A DNA stretch of 64,000 bases from a virus. Below are positions 26,939-36,154 of the stretch, in pieces. Every line of letters begins with the position of its first letter. The first letter of the stretch is position 1. The stretch covers positions 31,375 through 95,374 of the IMG/VR virus record IMGVR_UViG_3300036985_004568; one strand, written 5' to 3'. The notes beneath the pieces are model-generated. The model did no database searches and was not told where the DNA came from. It saw only the letters and a list, made by a program, of their open reading frames with translations. The position numbers were made by a program, and so were the translations under genes.

Positions 26939-28033
26939 TTATGGATTAGGAAGTATCCATTCAGAAGGAATACTAGAATAATTACTTAAACTTGTAGTGG
27001 AATTACCTGCTCCACTATAGCAGGAGGTTGCAGTTACAGTACCTGTACCAAAGTTACAATTCCAAATAGCTGGAGCTTCCCCTTGCACGCCTGTAAAACT
27101 AGTTCTAGTAAAGCACTCAGTAAACTTAACGGATTTATTTAAAAATCTTGTATTCTCTTCTCCTGGTGCATAAAATATGGAGGCATTTAAACAAAGTTTA
27201 TCACATCCATAAAATGTCCAAATAAAATCATTTGCTTGGACATTATATTTAAATAATTCCGTAGGAATGGTGGTAAGCCGGAAGCAGGTGTGGAAGGCCA
27301 TTTGAAAGTTTGTTGCTAGTAGGTTATACCTAAATAGGTCAGTTGGAATGGCCCCTATCCTAGTGGTACCAAAAAAAACTGATTTAAAAGTAGTTACTTT
27401 ATCATTATACCTGAATAAATCTGTAGGGATGGTAGTTAAAAAAGCGTCATTACATCCGTAAAAAGTTTGTTCAAAACTAGTAACTATAGTATTATATTTA
27501 AATAAATTAGCAGGGATTGCGCGTAAATCTGAACATCCTCGGAAAGCGCCAAAAAATCTAGTTATTTTTGTACTTCCAGAAAATGCGTCAGTAGGAATTG
27601 AAGTCAACTTTGTGCAGTCCCTAAAAATATTTTCAGCAGTAGTTAAAGACGTTAATTCTTTCATATTACTTGATATGGCGGTTAGATTAGTACAACCATT
27701 AAAATTCAGAGTAGTAAAGCCCATATCCCCAATAAAATCAATTATTTCAGTAACTTTTAACTTATCCCCAGCATTATTAAATCCAAATGCTATACATGTA
27801 CCCACCATAGTTATAGTTCTTGTTCCTGCTGTAGCATATGTATGGACTCTAGTTGCACTGGTATATGCAGTAACAGTACTATCGGAAGTACCATCCCCCC
27901 AGTTAACCGTAAAATTATGTGTACCTATTAAAAGAGGTAAGGTAAAAGTTTCATTTGTAGAAGTGGTTGTCACACTAAATTTAAAAGTACCACTGGGTAA
28001 TGACTTAAAAAATGTAGGTAAAGGGCTTATCAT
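26939..28033 (-). CDS. PKD + BspA-like LRR surface/adhesion protein
   Basis: FTVNWGDG..THTYA..G (PKD); repeats F.GC..L..IP..LF.YN. Confidence 0.85.
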   Translation of the reverse strand: MISPLPTFFKSLPSGTFKFSVTTTSTNETFTLPLLIGTHNFTVNWGDGTSDSTVTAYTSATRVHTYATAGTRTITMVGTCIAFGFNNAGDKLKVTEIIDFIGDMGFTTLNFNGCTNLTAISSNMKELTSLTTAENIFRDCTKLTSIPTDAFSGSTKITRFFGAFRGCSDLRAIPANLFKYNTIVTSFEQTFYGCNDAFLTTIPTDLFRYNDKVTTFKSVFFGTTRIGAIPTDLFRYNLLATNFQMAFHTCFRLTTIPTELFKYNVQANDFIWTFYGCDKLCLNASIFYAPGEENTRFLNKSVKFTECFTRTSFTGVQGEAPAIWNCNFGTGTVTATSCYSGAGNSTTSLSNYSSIPSEWILPNP

Positions 28034-28038
28034 ATTAT

Positions 28039-28305
28039 TTACTTAAGTTGTATTGATTTGTTGATGGTATGGTCTACTAAAATATCTAATTTTCCTTCAA
28101 TTTTAGCAAGCCGTTCCCTTATATCTGTCTGACCATTAGTACATTCTTTTTGCTCTTTTGCAAGGCGTATTACTTCTTTGTGTAGATGGCGGACATCATT
28201 AAATTTGATAATAACAAAAAAAGCACCTTGAATTACAAATAGAACTATTGAACTTACTGCTGGCCACAACCTCAACGCTGTATCCCACTGCATGGTGTCC
28301 TCCAA
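28039..28305 (-). CDS. Holin-like TM + coiled-coil protein
   Basis: One N-terminal TM, then RLAKIEGKLD coiled coil; near the end of the late operon. Confidence 0.5.
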   Translation of the reverse strand: MEDTMQWDTALRLWPAVSSIVLFVIQGAFFVIIKFNDVRHLHKEVIRLAKEQKECTNGQTDIRERLAKIEGKLDILVDHTINKSIQLK

Positions 28306-28306
28306 A

Positions 28307-29083
28307 TTAGAAAGCAGATTTTAGGAATTCCAAAGAAAAATTAGAATATTTTCCGGTTCCACCACTGGAAGACCCCCTAACAAAACAGACATTGGTAAGG
28401 GTATATGATGTCCCACCATATGTCACTGTTAATGTGTCTGCCGTTGTTGATAAAGTAGTATATAGATTCACTAAATATTGTTCTATTTCTATCCTGGACT
28501 CTTTTTTTACGTACCCATTCACCGTAATACCTAGTTTACCACCGCCAACATAACCAGTTGACATCATCTTAATACCAAGGGCAGTTGGTAGGATATAGTC
28601 AATTACATTACCGTCATAGGAAACATTAACTGAAGCGTGATCTCCTATGTAAATACTGCCAAATTTTACTGTCTGTACTGCTGCAGTAGATCCAGGTATA
28701 TCCTCTAGTTTTCCAGATTTTGAAAAAGTAAACGTAGAAACTACAAATTCCCCTTGCGCGGACTTAATAGAATAGGCCGTTACTTTACAATTTGCTAAAA
28801 TTAAAGAAATCCCAGTAGTACCATCTGGACCACCTAAGGACAGGTATATATCAAAATATGCCCCAACATCCAATCCAGTATCAAAAGTGGCCTCTAAAAA
28901 GTCACAGTTAACCGTAAGATCTTCAGTCTCAGTATCCTCTGATGTTACTTGCCCTTCAGGACCATATTCCTTATGGGTATTAATTCTATAATCTAAAGCA
29001 ATATTTCGGGCAAATTCTATCGTTTTAATAGTAGCCCCACTTTGCTTTAGTACTAAATTTCCTACAGAAAAGCTGTAAACCAT
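28307..29083 (-). CDS. Tail tip protein with tail-tube-like domains (Dit-like)
   Basis: N-terminal half resembles the 40187-40558 protein (FSVG.., L.NCK.T.Y...S.Q..F). Confidence 0.55.
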   Translation of the reverse strand: MVYSFSVGNLVLKQSGATIKTIEFARNIALDYRINTHKEYGPEGQVTSEDTETEDLTVNCDFLEATFDTGLDVGAYFDIYLSLGGPDGTTGISLILANCKVTAYSIKSAQGEFVVSTFTFSKSGKLEDIPGSTAAVQTVKFGSIYIGDHASVNVSYDGNVIDYILPTALGIKMMSTGYVGGGKLGITVNGYVKKESRIEIEQYLVNLYTTLSTTADTLTVTYGGTSYTLTNVCFVRGSSSGGTGKYSNFSLEFLKSAF

Positions 29084-29099
29084 TGGTATTCCTCCTACT

Positions 29100-29108
29100 A
29101 TTGAAAAC
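29100..29108 (-). promoter_or_regulatory. GTTTTCAAT motif upstream of 29083 gene
   Basis: Minus strand TAGTTTTCAATAGTAGGAGG precedes the ATG. Confidence 0.5.
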
Positions 29109-30499
29109 TAACTAATAAGTTTAATATGGCCTAATTGTAAGTTTATATTTCCTGATCCAGAAACAGTATCTCCTAGTACACAAATTGGAGCAATTGCGCA
29201 ATTTCTAACATCATAACCACTGCAAGATGAATGTAATCTAACCCCCCAAATACGAATATTACTAATATTATTTTTATTATACCCATATTCTAAAGCGGCA
29301 ATAGAAGCAAGACTAAATACTCCACTTGCCAAAGGTTGCCAATGTTGTAGTCTATACCAGAGCATTCCTCCATCTGCTGGATCCCAGCAAAGATAACCTT
29401 CATCATCAACATATGCCCAAGACTCCCCTTCCGCATGACACTGTGTTCCAGCAATATTAGCTAAAACAAGAGTTGGAAACTTAACACTTCCATCTTTAAA
29501 AGAAATTGTAGCATCTAATTCTAAAATACCATAATAATTGGAACCACTAACTGAAGTATCTTCCAATTTTATTTTCATATGATTATTAGCTTCTTCTATC
29601 AATAAAGTATCTGATAATTGAACTAAATGTTTAAACACTGACATTACATAGTTCATACTTCCTAACGATATAGTAGCTGAGATACTAGAACTAGCAACTA
29701 CTGAAATTTTTGCTTGTTTTTTCTCTTCATTAATCCAATCTTGATCAAATGAGTAAGAGCAACTTCCTCCTGTCATAACTCCAGCTCCATTACCATACCA
29801 GCATTCTCCTTCACGGTACCAATTATTTAAAGCGTAAAGTCTTCCACCTGGCCAAAAATGTCCACCACCACCATAACCACCACCAGGAACAAAAGGATAA
29901 GTATAACTCCCAGAATCATGTATCATTGGCTCTAGTGGAAGAGGTGGGTCTGTTACTGGGCCCTGTTCCCACGTTTCTTCCCACAATACATTTAGTAACA
30001 TGCCTCTTCTTAGTTCTTCTATGTGTACTGCTTTAATAGAGCATCGTTCGGGTAAATATGGGACTTTTTCAATCCTATCTACGTCTGTCCAATCTACTTG
30101 TGTAGTCTCATATTCTACTTCTCCATACTTATCCCCCTTAAAATAGTCCGCAATTGTAACTCCTACTTTTTCTAAACATTGTTCTACTATCAACCGTAAT
30201 GACACGATATCTGCTTTTGTTATAGATTTTTGTTTAGTAGTTAAAAATTGAGTTAGGCTAGGGGGAAATGGAACTAATAGTAAAGTACAAACAGAATTCC
30301 AATAAACTATTAGTTGATCAATATGTATTTTTTTACTATTTGTTTTACCAGAATAACCTACTCCTGCTAAACTATGTTGTGTAAAAATAGGATCATTTAA
30401 CCAAATAGGATCTGCACACCAAGATTCTAAATCTGCTGGTTGTGTTCCTATCGGCTTTAATTTACTTTTACAAATATTACAAATGGGATCTGTGGGCAT
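29108..30499 (-). CDS. Tail-associated protein
   Basis: Position among tail tip genes; IKAVHIEELR fibre-like motif. Confidence 0.65.
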   Translation of the reverse strand: MPTDPICNICKSKLKPIGTQPADLESWCADPIWLNDPIFTQHSLAGVGYSGKTNSKKIHIDQLIVYWNSVCTLLLVPFPPSLTQFLTTKQKSITKADIVSLRLIVEQCLEKVGVTIADYFKGDKYGEVEYETTQVDWTDVDRIEKVPYLPERCSIKAVHIEELRRGMLLNVLWEETWEQGPVTDPPLPLEPMIHDSGSYTYPFVPGGGYGGGGHFWPGGRLYALNNWYREGECWYGNGAGVMTGGSCSYSFDQDWINEEKKQAKISVVASSSISATISLGSMNYVMSVFKHLVQLSDTLLIEEANNHMKIKLEDTSVSGSNYYGILELDATISFKDGSVKFPTLVLANIAGTQCHAEGESWAYVDDEGYLCWDPADGGMLWYRLQHWQPLASGVFSLASIAALEYGYNKNNISNIRIWGVRLHSSCSGYDVRNCAIAPICVLGDTVSGSGNINLQLGHIKLIS

Positions 30500-30500
30500 A

Positions 30501-33500
30501 TTATGCGTAAGTACTAAGGCTTGAATCTGGTTTAACTGATGTTTCTGCTACTTGGGCAGATTTACCAAATAAATCTTTAATTTTATTTACATTATATTCT
30601 AATGTGCTAACTGCTGGCTTAAGTGACTCATTTTCTCTTTTACGCTCTTTATCCTTATTAAGTATATGTAACGTAGAGGCATATTCAGACTGTGGAATTG
30701 ATAATTCTAATGACGTTCTAAATCCATCATTAAAAGAATGATGCACTCTAACTACATCTAAACCATTAACTGTTGTACGTAAATCTAAAGTTTCATCCCC
30801 TAAAATTTGCAATGAGCCTTCTCTAACTGGCAGGTCAGATTTATGAAATTCTGTATTTGCTGCGTCTATTAAAGTATCCATTACTTCATCTAAATTATCT
30901 CCTGGAAGCCCGTACTCTTCATCCTCTTCATTAAAAATAGGAGTTATCCCCTGTACAATATATCTATTGGGCAGCCCTGAGCCTACGGTATAAGAATAGC
31001 GTTTACCTTTATACGTATATAGTATCCTCATTTCGGCTATATATTGATCTGGGTCCTCTTCATAAGCAACTGTTAATTCTTCAGTTCTTAATTCTGCAGT
31101 TACAGGATCAAATATTTCGCGTTCTAAAGTACCATATATTATTGCTGCCTGGTATCTAACAGGTACCGAATTAAGTACAATATAAGCAGTTTTTCCAGTC
31201 TCATCATAGGAATAGTCTACTGAGGCGCTGGCATCTTGCCATTCTAGAGGATATGTCTCAAAGGATACAATTGCAGGTTTTGAAGAGAAGGAACCATCTC
31301 TCCAAGGATGTGCTACAGCAACTAATTCTTCTAGTGCGGGATCCATTCTACTATATCGTTTTTCTAAAATATCCATAGGGGTAAATTCTACATTTCCTGT
31401 AGTAACCCATTTTGTAAATCCATAATCTGTACCATAATCGCTTAAAGCGGGAACCTCTTCCATAATTTGTAATAATTTAGTTACCTTTGGTGCACTATTA
31501 GTACGGGCCTGAACTTTAACATTAGAAATTTCAGATTCAAATCCTCCTAAATTTAACTTAAAATAAAATCCCTTTACGTCATCTTTAGTTTTAAATGGAG
31601 TAAGCAGAGTACTAAAAGCAGTATTTTTAGGAGTAGGCATCTCATCATGTAGGGTAAAAGGAAATATTTGCTCCTGTTTATCTGGATCAGTAGTTTTAAA
31701 TAAATTACCCTCTTTATTTGAGTCAATAATTTGTAATTGTTTTATTTCAGTATATTGAGAAAAATCACTTACAGCAGTAACACTCTTAATCTGATTAGTT
31801 TTATCATTAATTAAATTTTCCTCTAAAATATTTTGGCCAATAGTATACGTTCGTCTACTTACAGGAAAACCATATCTATATTCACTTAATCCTCCAGTAA
31901 TGGGAGAGGAATAAAGTACGGTACCATGATAAGCCGCAATGGCAGCTCTAGCTTCTAATTCTGTATTTCCAACTAAAGAATCCTCGTCAAATTTAGAGAT
32001 ATAATTTTTCTTTGCTGGGGGCCAAGTTTGTTGTCTACAAAAAGTAGAATAATAATAAGCAAATCCAGTAACTGTGAAATTTACCTGTAGCGCTCCGCCA
32101 CTCCATATCTCTTCTCGCTTAAATAAATATCCTCCAAATACATATCTTCCATTTATTTTAATATATACCGTTTGGCCAGTAGCAAGTAATAGTTCGTCTG
32201 TTGGGCGTATATTTTTATGAAAAGAGGCCGTACAAAAGGAGGGACCATAGACTAATTCAATTGAATCTAATATGTAACCTGTAGAAATAATTCCACCAAT
32301 ACTTATCTCATATGCGGGATTTGTTCTATATTGGATATCAAAAGTAGGAGTTCCTAGAGTTAATGTTCCAGTGCTCTCTATTCCCTCACCATTCACTCCA
32401 ACTACCTTAAAACTATAAGTAAGACCAGAAACTAATTCTCCAATCGTAGTTTGATAATCATATATTAATGTTTGATTTTGTTTAATCCAACTCCCACCAA
32501 TATCTTTATAGACATTATACCCCGCATTATCTGAACTTCCAGTCCAAGTTAAAAATAAAGCATCCCCTAATTTTGGATCTGTGGCAATTAGAGACGTAGG
32601 ATTTACTGGGGCAGGATAAGCAACTTGGAGTTGAACATTAAAGTCTTTTTCAGTAGTTACGCGCGCCTGTAACTGCCCAAAGAAAAATTTAGTTTCCCAA
32701 ATTTTAGCATTACTTAAAATAGAATGTTGTGGCTGGAGTATAATCTTAGCATTAGAGGTTATAGTCGTAGTATGGGTTTGCTTTACTCCAGAATCAAAAT
32801 AGATAGTAGTATCACTAAGATATGCATACTTTACTAAACTTGATGTAGTATTTCCTGCAATTGTAGGTAAGATGTCTACAGCAGCATCACTTGTAATGTC
32901 AAATTGTCCTTGCCAACTACCTAAGTAACTATTGTAAGAAAGATCATATTGTGCACCATCATAATCGGACCACATACAGCAAATATCAGACCCCGAGATA
33001 ATCCCAAAGGTAATATTACTATCATTAGCATTATCAGAAACTAGAGTGCCTGAGTCCCAGGATCCTGTGTAATGAAAGGCCTTTATGCCTGAAGAGGTTG
33101 ATCCTCCAATCCATAAATTAGAATCAGAAATCCACAGAGACGTGATGGCATTATTTGAAATTCCAGAAGCTACAATAGTTTGTTCCGTACCAAATACAGT
33201 TGTAAATATTTTATAATATATGGCTGCATTTCTTTCATAAACTAACCACATATCCGAACCAACAGCTAATAAAGATATGCCATAGGGCACAGTTGTTTCT
33301 GTATTAGCAATATCCGTCCATGCACCTGAGCCAGAACTATTTATATTTGTTAAAAATTCTATAATAGTCCTAGACCCCGCATTACAGGCTGCAAGACAAA
33401 TTAAACCATCACTTCTTTTATTTACCGTTAGTATAGTAGGATTACTAGAATTACCAAATAAAGCACTTTTAACTGCATATTGGGTCCCATTAGTCCAAGC

Positions 33501-33797
33501 TGATGACCCATAAGTTAACTTTATATATCCGATTGTCCAACTTCCAGAAAAATAGGTATAGGTAAGGTAAATATCGTCATTAGAATCTAGATAAACATCA
33601 AATCTAGAATTAGTATTCATAGTTGACTGGGAAACTGCTGCTATTGCGGAACCCCAAGTAATTTCACCATCAGTTGACTTCTTATAATATACAGCATTAG
33701 CTACAATATAAAAAAGAGCTAAAGTTCCATTACTGGATTTAACTAGTTTTGGACTAGAGGAGGTATATGATGCTGTTGCTACATTTACTCTTGCCAT
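30501..33797 (-). CDS. Large tail tip/hub protein (propeller-like N-terminus, FN3 domain)
   Basis: 1098 aa; Asp-box-like STDGEITW; FN3 P..L.A...LTW..GYNVY..L.SG.TY.FKV..VN..G.ES. Confidence 0.75.
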   Translation of the reverse strand: MARVNVATASYTSSSPKLVKSSNGTLALFYIVANAVYYKKSTDGEITWGSAIAAVSQSTMNTNSRFDVYLDSNDDIYLTYTYFSGSWTIGYIKLTYGSSAWTNGTQYAVKSALFGNSSNPTILTVNKRSDGLICLAACNAGSRTIIEFLTNINSSGSGAWTDIANTETTVPYGISLLAVGSDMWLVYERNAAIYYKIFTTVFGTEQTIVASGISNNAITSLWISDSNLWIGGSTSSGIKAFHYTGSWDSGTLVSDNANDSNITFGIISGSDICCMWSDYDGAQYDLSYNSYLGSWQGQFDITSDAAVDILPTIAGNTTSSLVKYAYLSDTTIYFDSGVKQTHTTTITSNAKIILQPQHSILSNAKIWETKFFFGQLQARVTTEKDFNVQLQVAYPAPVNPTSLIATDPKLGDALFLTWTGSSDNAGYNVYKDIGGSWIKQNQTLIYDYQTTIGELVSGLTYSFKVVGVNGEGIESTGTLTLGTPTFDIQYRTNPAYEISIGGIISTGYILDSIELVYGPSFCTASFHKNIRPTDELLLATGQTVYIKINGRYVFGGYLFKREEIWSGGALQVNFTVTGFAYYYSTFCRQQTWPPAKKNYISKFDEDSLVGNTELEARAAIAAYHGTVLYSSPITGGLSEYRYGFPVSRRTYTIGQNILEENLINDKTNQIKSVTAVSDFSQYTEIKQLQIIDSNKEGNLFKTTDPDKQEQIFPFTLHDEMPTPKNTAFSTLLTPFKTKDDVKGFYFKLNLGGFESEISNVKVQARTNSAPKVTKLLQIMEEVPALSDYGTDYGFTKWVTTGNVEFTPMDILEKRYSRMDPALEELVAVAHPWRDGSFSSKPAIVSFETYPLEWQDASASVDYSYDETGKTAYIVLNSVPVRYQAAIIYGTLEREIFDPVTAELRTEELTVAYEEDPDQYIAEMRILYTYKGKRYSYTVGSGLPNRYIVQGITPIFNEEDEEYGLPGDNLDEVMDTLIDAANTEFHKSDLPVREGSLQILGDETLDLRTTVNGLDVVRVHHSFNDGFRTSLELSIPQSEYASTLHILNKDKERKRENESLKPAVSTLEYNVNKIKDLFGKSAQVAETSVKPDSSLSTYA

Positions 33798-34222
33798 TAT
33801 TTATCCCCTACGATAATATTACCATTTTCAAGAACTTGTAAAAGTACACTATGATTAAATCCCATTGTATCATTATACTGATACCCAATAAAGTACGTAA
33901 TTATATGCTCTAATTCTACACCAGCTAAGGTACTGTAGGAGGTATGTCTACGAAAATAAATTACTCTAATATTAGTCTTATCTATCTGCAATTCTTTTCC
34001 TGAATCGTCCAATTTACCATTTATAAATAAAATACCCCTGGTTACATCTACAGTAATCTTCAGGGGTTTAGTAATATGCACAATATAGAAAGAAACAAGC
34101 TCCTCTGCCCTATCTAAAACCTCTTTATATAAATGCTCTACTCCATTAGCATCATACTGAGATATTTCAGTACCATCTTTAAATATTGCGGTCCAGTGAA
34201 ATTTTAATGGTGAGTTTAGCAT
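33797..34222 (-). CDS. Phage hypothetical protein
   Basis: W.A.F.DGT.I.QY...R.IYFRR..Y.IGYQ pattern. Confidence 0.7.
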   Translation of the reverse strand: MLNSPLKFHWTAIFKDGTEISQYDANGVEHLYKEVLDRAEELVSFYIVHITKPLKITVDVTRGILFINGKLDDSGKELQIDKTNIRVIYFRRHTSYSTLAGVELEHIITYFIGYQYNDTMGFNHSVLLQVLENGNIIVGDK

Positions 34223-34321
34223 TATAACATCCCACTAAATTTATTTTGTTTTCTGACTAAATATCTTTTTGCTTTTTTATATAAAAAATTATAAATTTTT
34301 AAAGTCTGCCGTGCTATTGGC

Positions 34322-34801
34322 TTAAACTTCGTCGTATTGAACTGTTAATGTTTTTTCAGCAATATTACCCGTAGCAATACTGCCAGTAGTCTGTAATTGT
34401 AAACAAATATAACGCGTATATCCTGCCGCTGTAATTGTAGTGGCTCCAGCAGCTGAATGTACTACAATTGCCGATCCTACTACTGCGGGAATAGCCGTAA
34501 CTGCCCGCGGAGAGGTAGTTTTTACAGGCTGAACATAGGAGGTGACTTCATCCGCTTTAATTGACTCTCCAGTGCCTAATGCTCCAGCAGACTTCCAAAA
34601 TTTAATATTCGAAATCTCTGTAAAAGTACCACTAAATTTTAATTTAATGTTCTTTTCATAACTATTATTTCCAGCTATAATGGGGTAAGTAGCAATTACT
34701 ATATTAGCCTGGTCTATATCCCCAAAATTAATATTAGAGATACCATCCGTAACTACTTCTCCAGCACCATTAGCTTCACTCCATTGCAATGTTGCAGCCA
34801 T
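34322..34801 (-). CDS. Putative minor virion protein
   Basis: Beta-rich; SYEK..L.F....SNIKFW..T.QYDE. Confidence 0.7.
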   Translation of the reverse strand: MAATLQWSEANGAGEVVTDGISNINFGDIDQANIVIATYPIIAGNNSYEKNIKLKFSGTFTEISNIKFWKSAGALGTGESIKADEVTSYVQPVKTTSPRAVTAIPAVVGSAIVVHSAAGATTITAAGYTRYICLQLQTTGSIATGNIAEKTLTVQYDEV

Positions 34802-34803
34802 GG

Positions 34804-35217
34804 TTATTCACCACCTTCATTGGGTTGTATTTCATTATTTGTGCTTTGGTTTTTTTCTAGGTTTGCATTTTCCGTACATTTTTTTGCTCCTTTTCCTTCT
34901 TGATCTATGTTCCGTCCACAATTAGGGCATTTAATATATCCCATTCCTTCTTCCATATAATTACTATATTTAAAATAAGCTAAACAGTGGTCACATTGTA
35001 CCATTTCCTCATCTTTAGGGGGAGGAATGCCCTTTAAGAAGTGTAGGAATTTATAATTAGCCCGAGTTACATCTAAGTCCTTCTTCTTATGCTCATCCCA
35101 AATACCATAGCATTCTCCTACAGCAGCCTTTGGCTCCTTACCCTCTTCGTGCACTAACTGACGTACACATCTACTGATGAAGGGATTCTTTTTTTCATTC
35201 TTTCTTGGTTTAGGCAT
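34804..35217 (-). CDS. Protein with P.P...E...FISRC...C..IW domain and C-terminal Zn ribbon
   Basis: N-terminal motif familiar from phage head-associated proteins; CDHC...CPNC. Confidence 0.65.
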   Translation of the reverse strand: MPKPRKNEKKNPFISRCVRQLVHEEGKEPKAAVGECYGIWDEHKKKDLDVTRANYKFLHFLKGIPPPKDEEMVQCDHCLAYFKYSNYMEEGMGYIKCPNCGRNIDQEGKGAKKCTENANLEKNQSTNNEIQPNEGGE

Positions 35218-35218
35218 T

Positions 35219-36145
35219 TTAATACTCGTATATTAATTTTAATCTAATTTTTAAAGAAACTCCACCAACAGTATCTGCATCATCTGGAATAGTTGCTCTA
35301 AGTTGTAAATACTTTGCATTATTATTAGGTATAGGATTTGAAAAAATTACAGGAACTCCTACCCCTATTGGGGAATAGTCCATAATTGCTTCGTCTTTTA
35401 TTGTATAATCATACTCTACGTAAGGAAGGGCTGCAATTAATGGCGTGCCTAATCCAATGAGGCCTGTATCTGCATTATAAGTTCCCCCCGTAAAGTAGTT
35501 TGTTCCAGTTTTACTGGGATTATCCCAAACTCCAGTAATACCAGTAATTCTGGGGCAATGAGCTACTGTAATTATTGTATTACTATTTTTAGTGGCCAGC
35601 TCTAAATCAATATGTTTGGTGGAAGAAATAATTCCACTAGATGCAATGCTGATCCATTGTTCAGCATAAATAGTTTTACCATATTCGTCTAAATCTGGAT
35701 TTATTTCTACAGTTATAACATCTAAATTACTTGGAGCTTTTCCATGTACATTATCCCCAAAATCTATTTCTCCAGTAGTCATATTGCAAGTATAAACTTG
35801 TGCAGATTGTGCATAACTACTTAAAGAGCCTACTTGAGCCCATTTAGTGCCATTAACCAATATCTCTATGGTACTTAAGGGCATTAGACTAAGTTCATAA
35901 TGTTGATTAACGGATCCATCACTAATATATTCTATTGTAACTGACATAGTTACTAATTCAATAGATAAATTTCTAACATCGTCTGCTCCTAATATATTTC
36001 CCTTATCATTGTACAATAAAATATCATATGGAAGATCAACTACATGTCCTCCATAACAAATTCCAAAATCAATTGGAGTGGTTATAGTCCCAACTTCAAC
36101 TGTAGGAGCATCATCCTTAAACATTTGTAAATTTGGAGTAGCCAT
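35219..36145 (-). CDS. Tail/baseplate-associated protein
   Basis: After tape measure; I.FGD...G..P motif of baseplate wedge-like domains. Confidence 0.65.
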   Translation of the reverse strand: MATPNLQMFKDDAPTVEVGTITTPIDFGICYGGHVVDLPYDILLYNDKGNILGADDVRNLSIELVTMSVTIEYISDGSVNQHYELSLMPLSTIEILVNGTKWAQVGSLSSYAQSAQVYTCNMTTGEIDFGDNVHGKAPSNLDVITVEINPDLDEYGKTIYAEQWISIASSGIISSTKHIDLELATKNSNTIITVAHCPRITGITGVWDNPSKTGTNYFTGGTYNADTGLIGLGTPLIAALPYVEYDYTIKDEAIMDYSPIGVGVPVIFSNPIPNNNAKYLQLRATIPDDADTVGGVSLKIRLKLIYEY

Positions 36146-36154
36146 AATTTTATC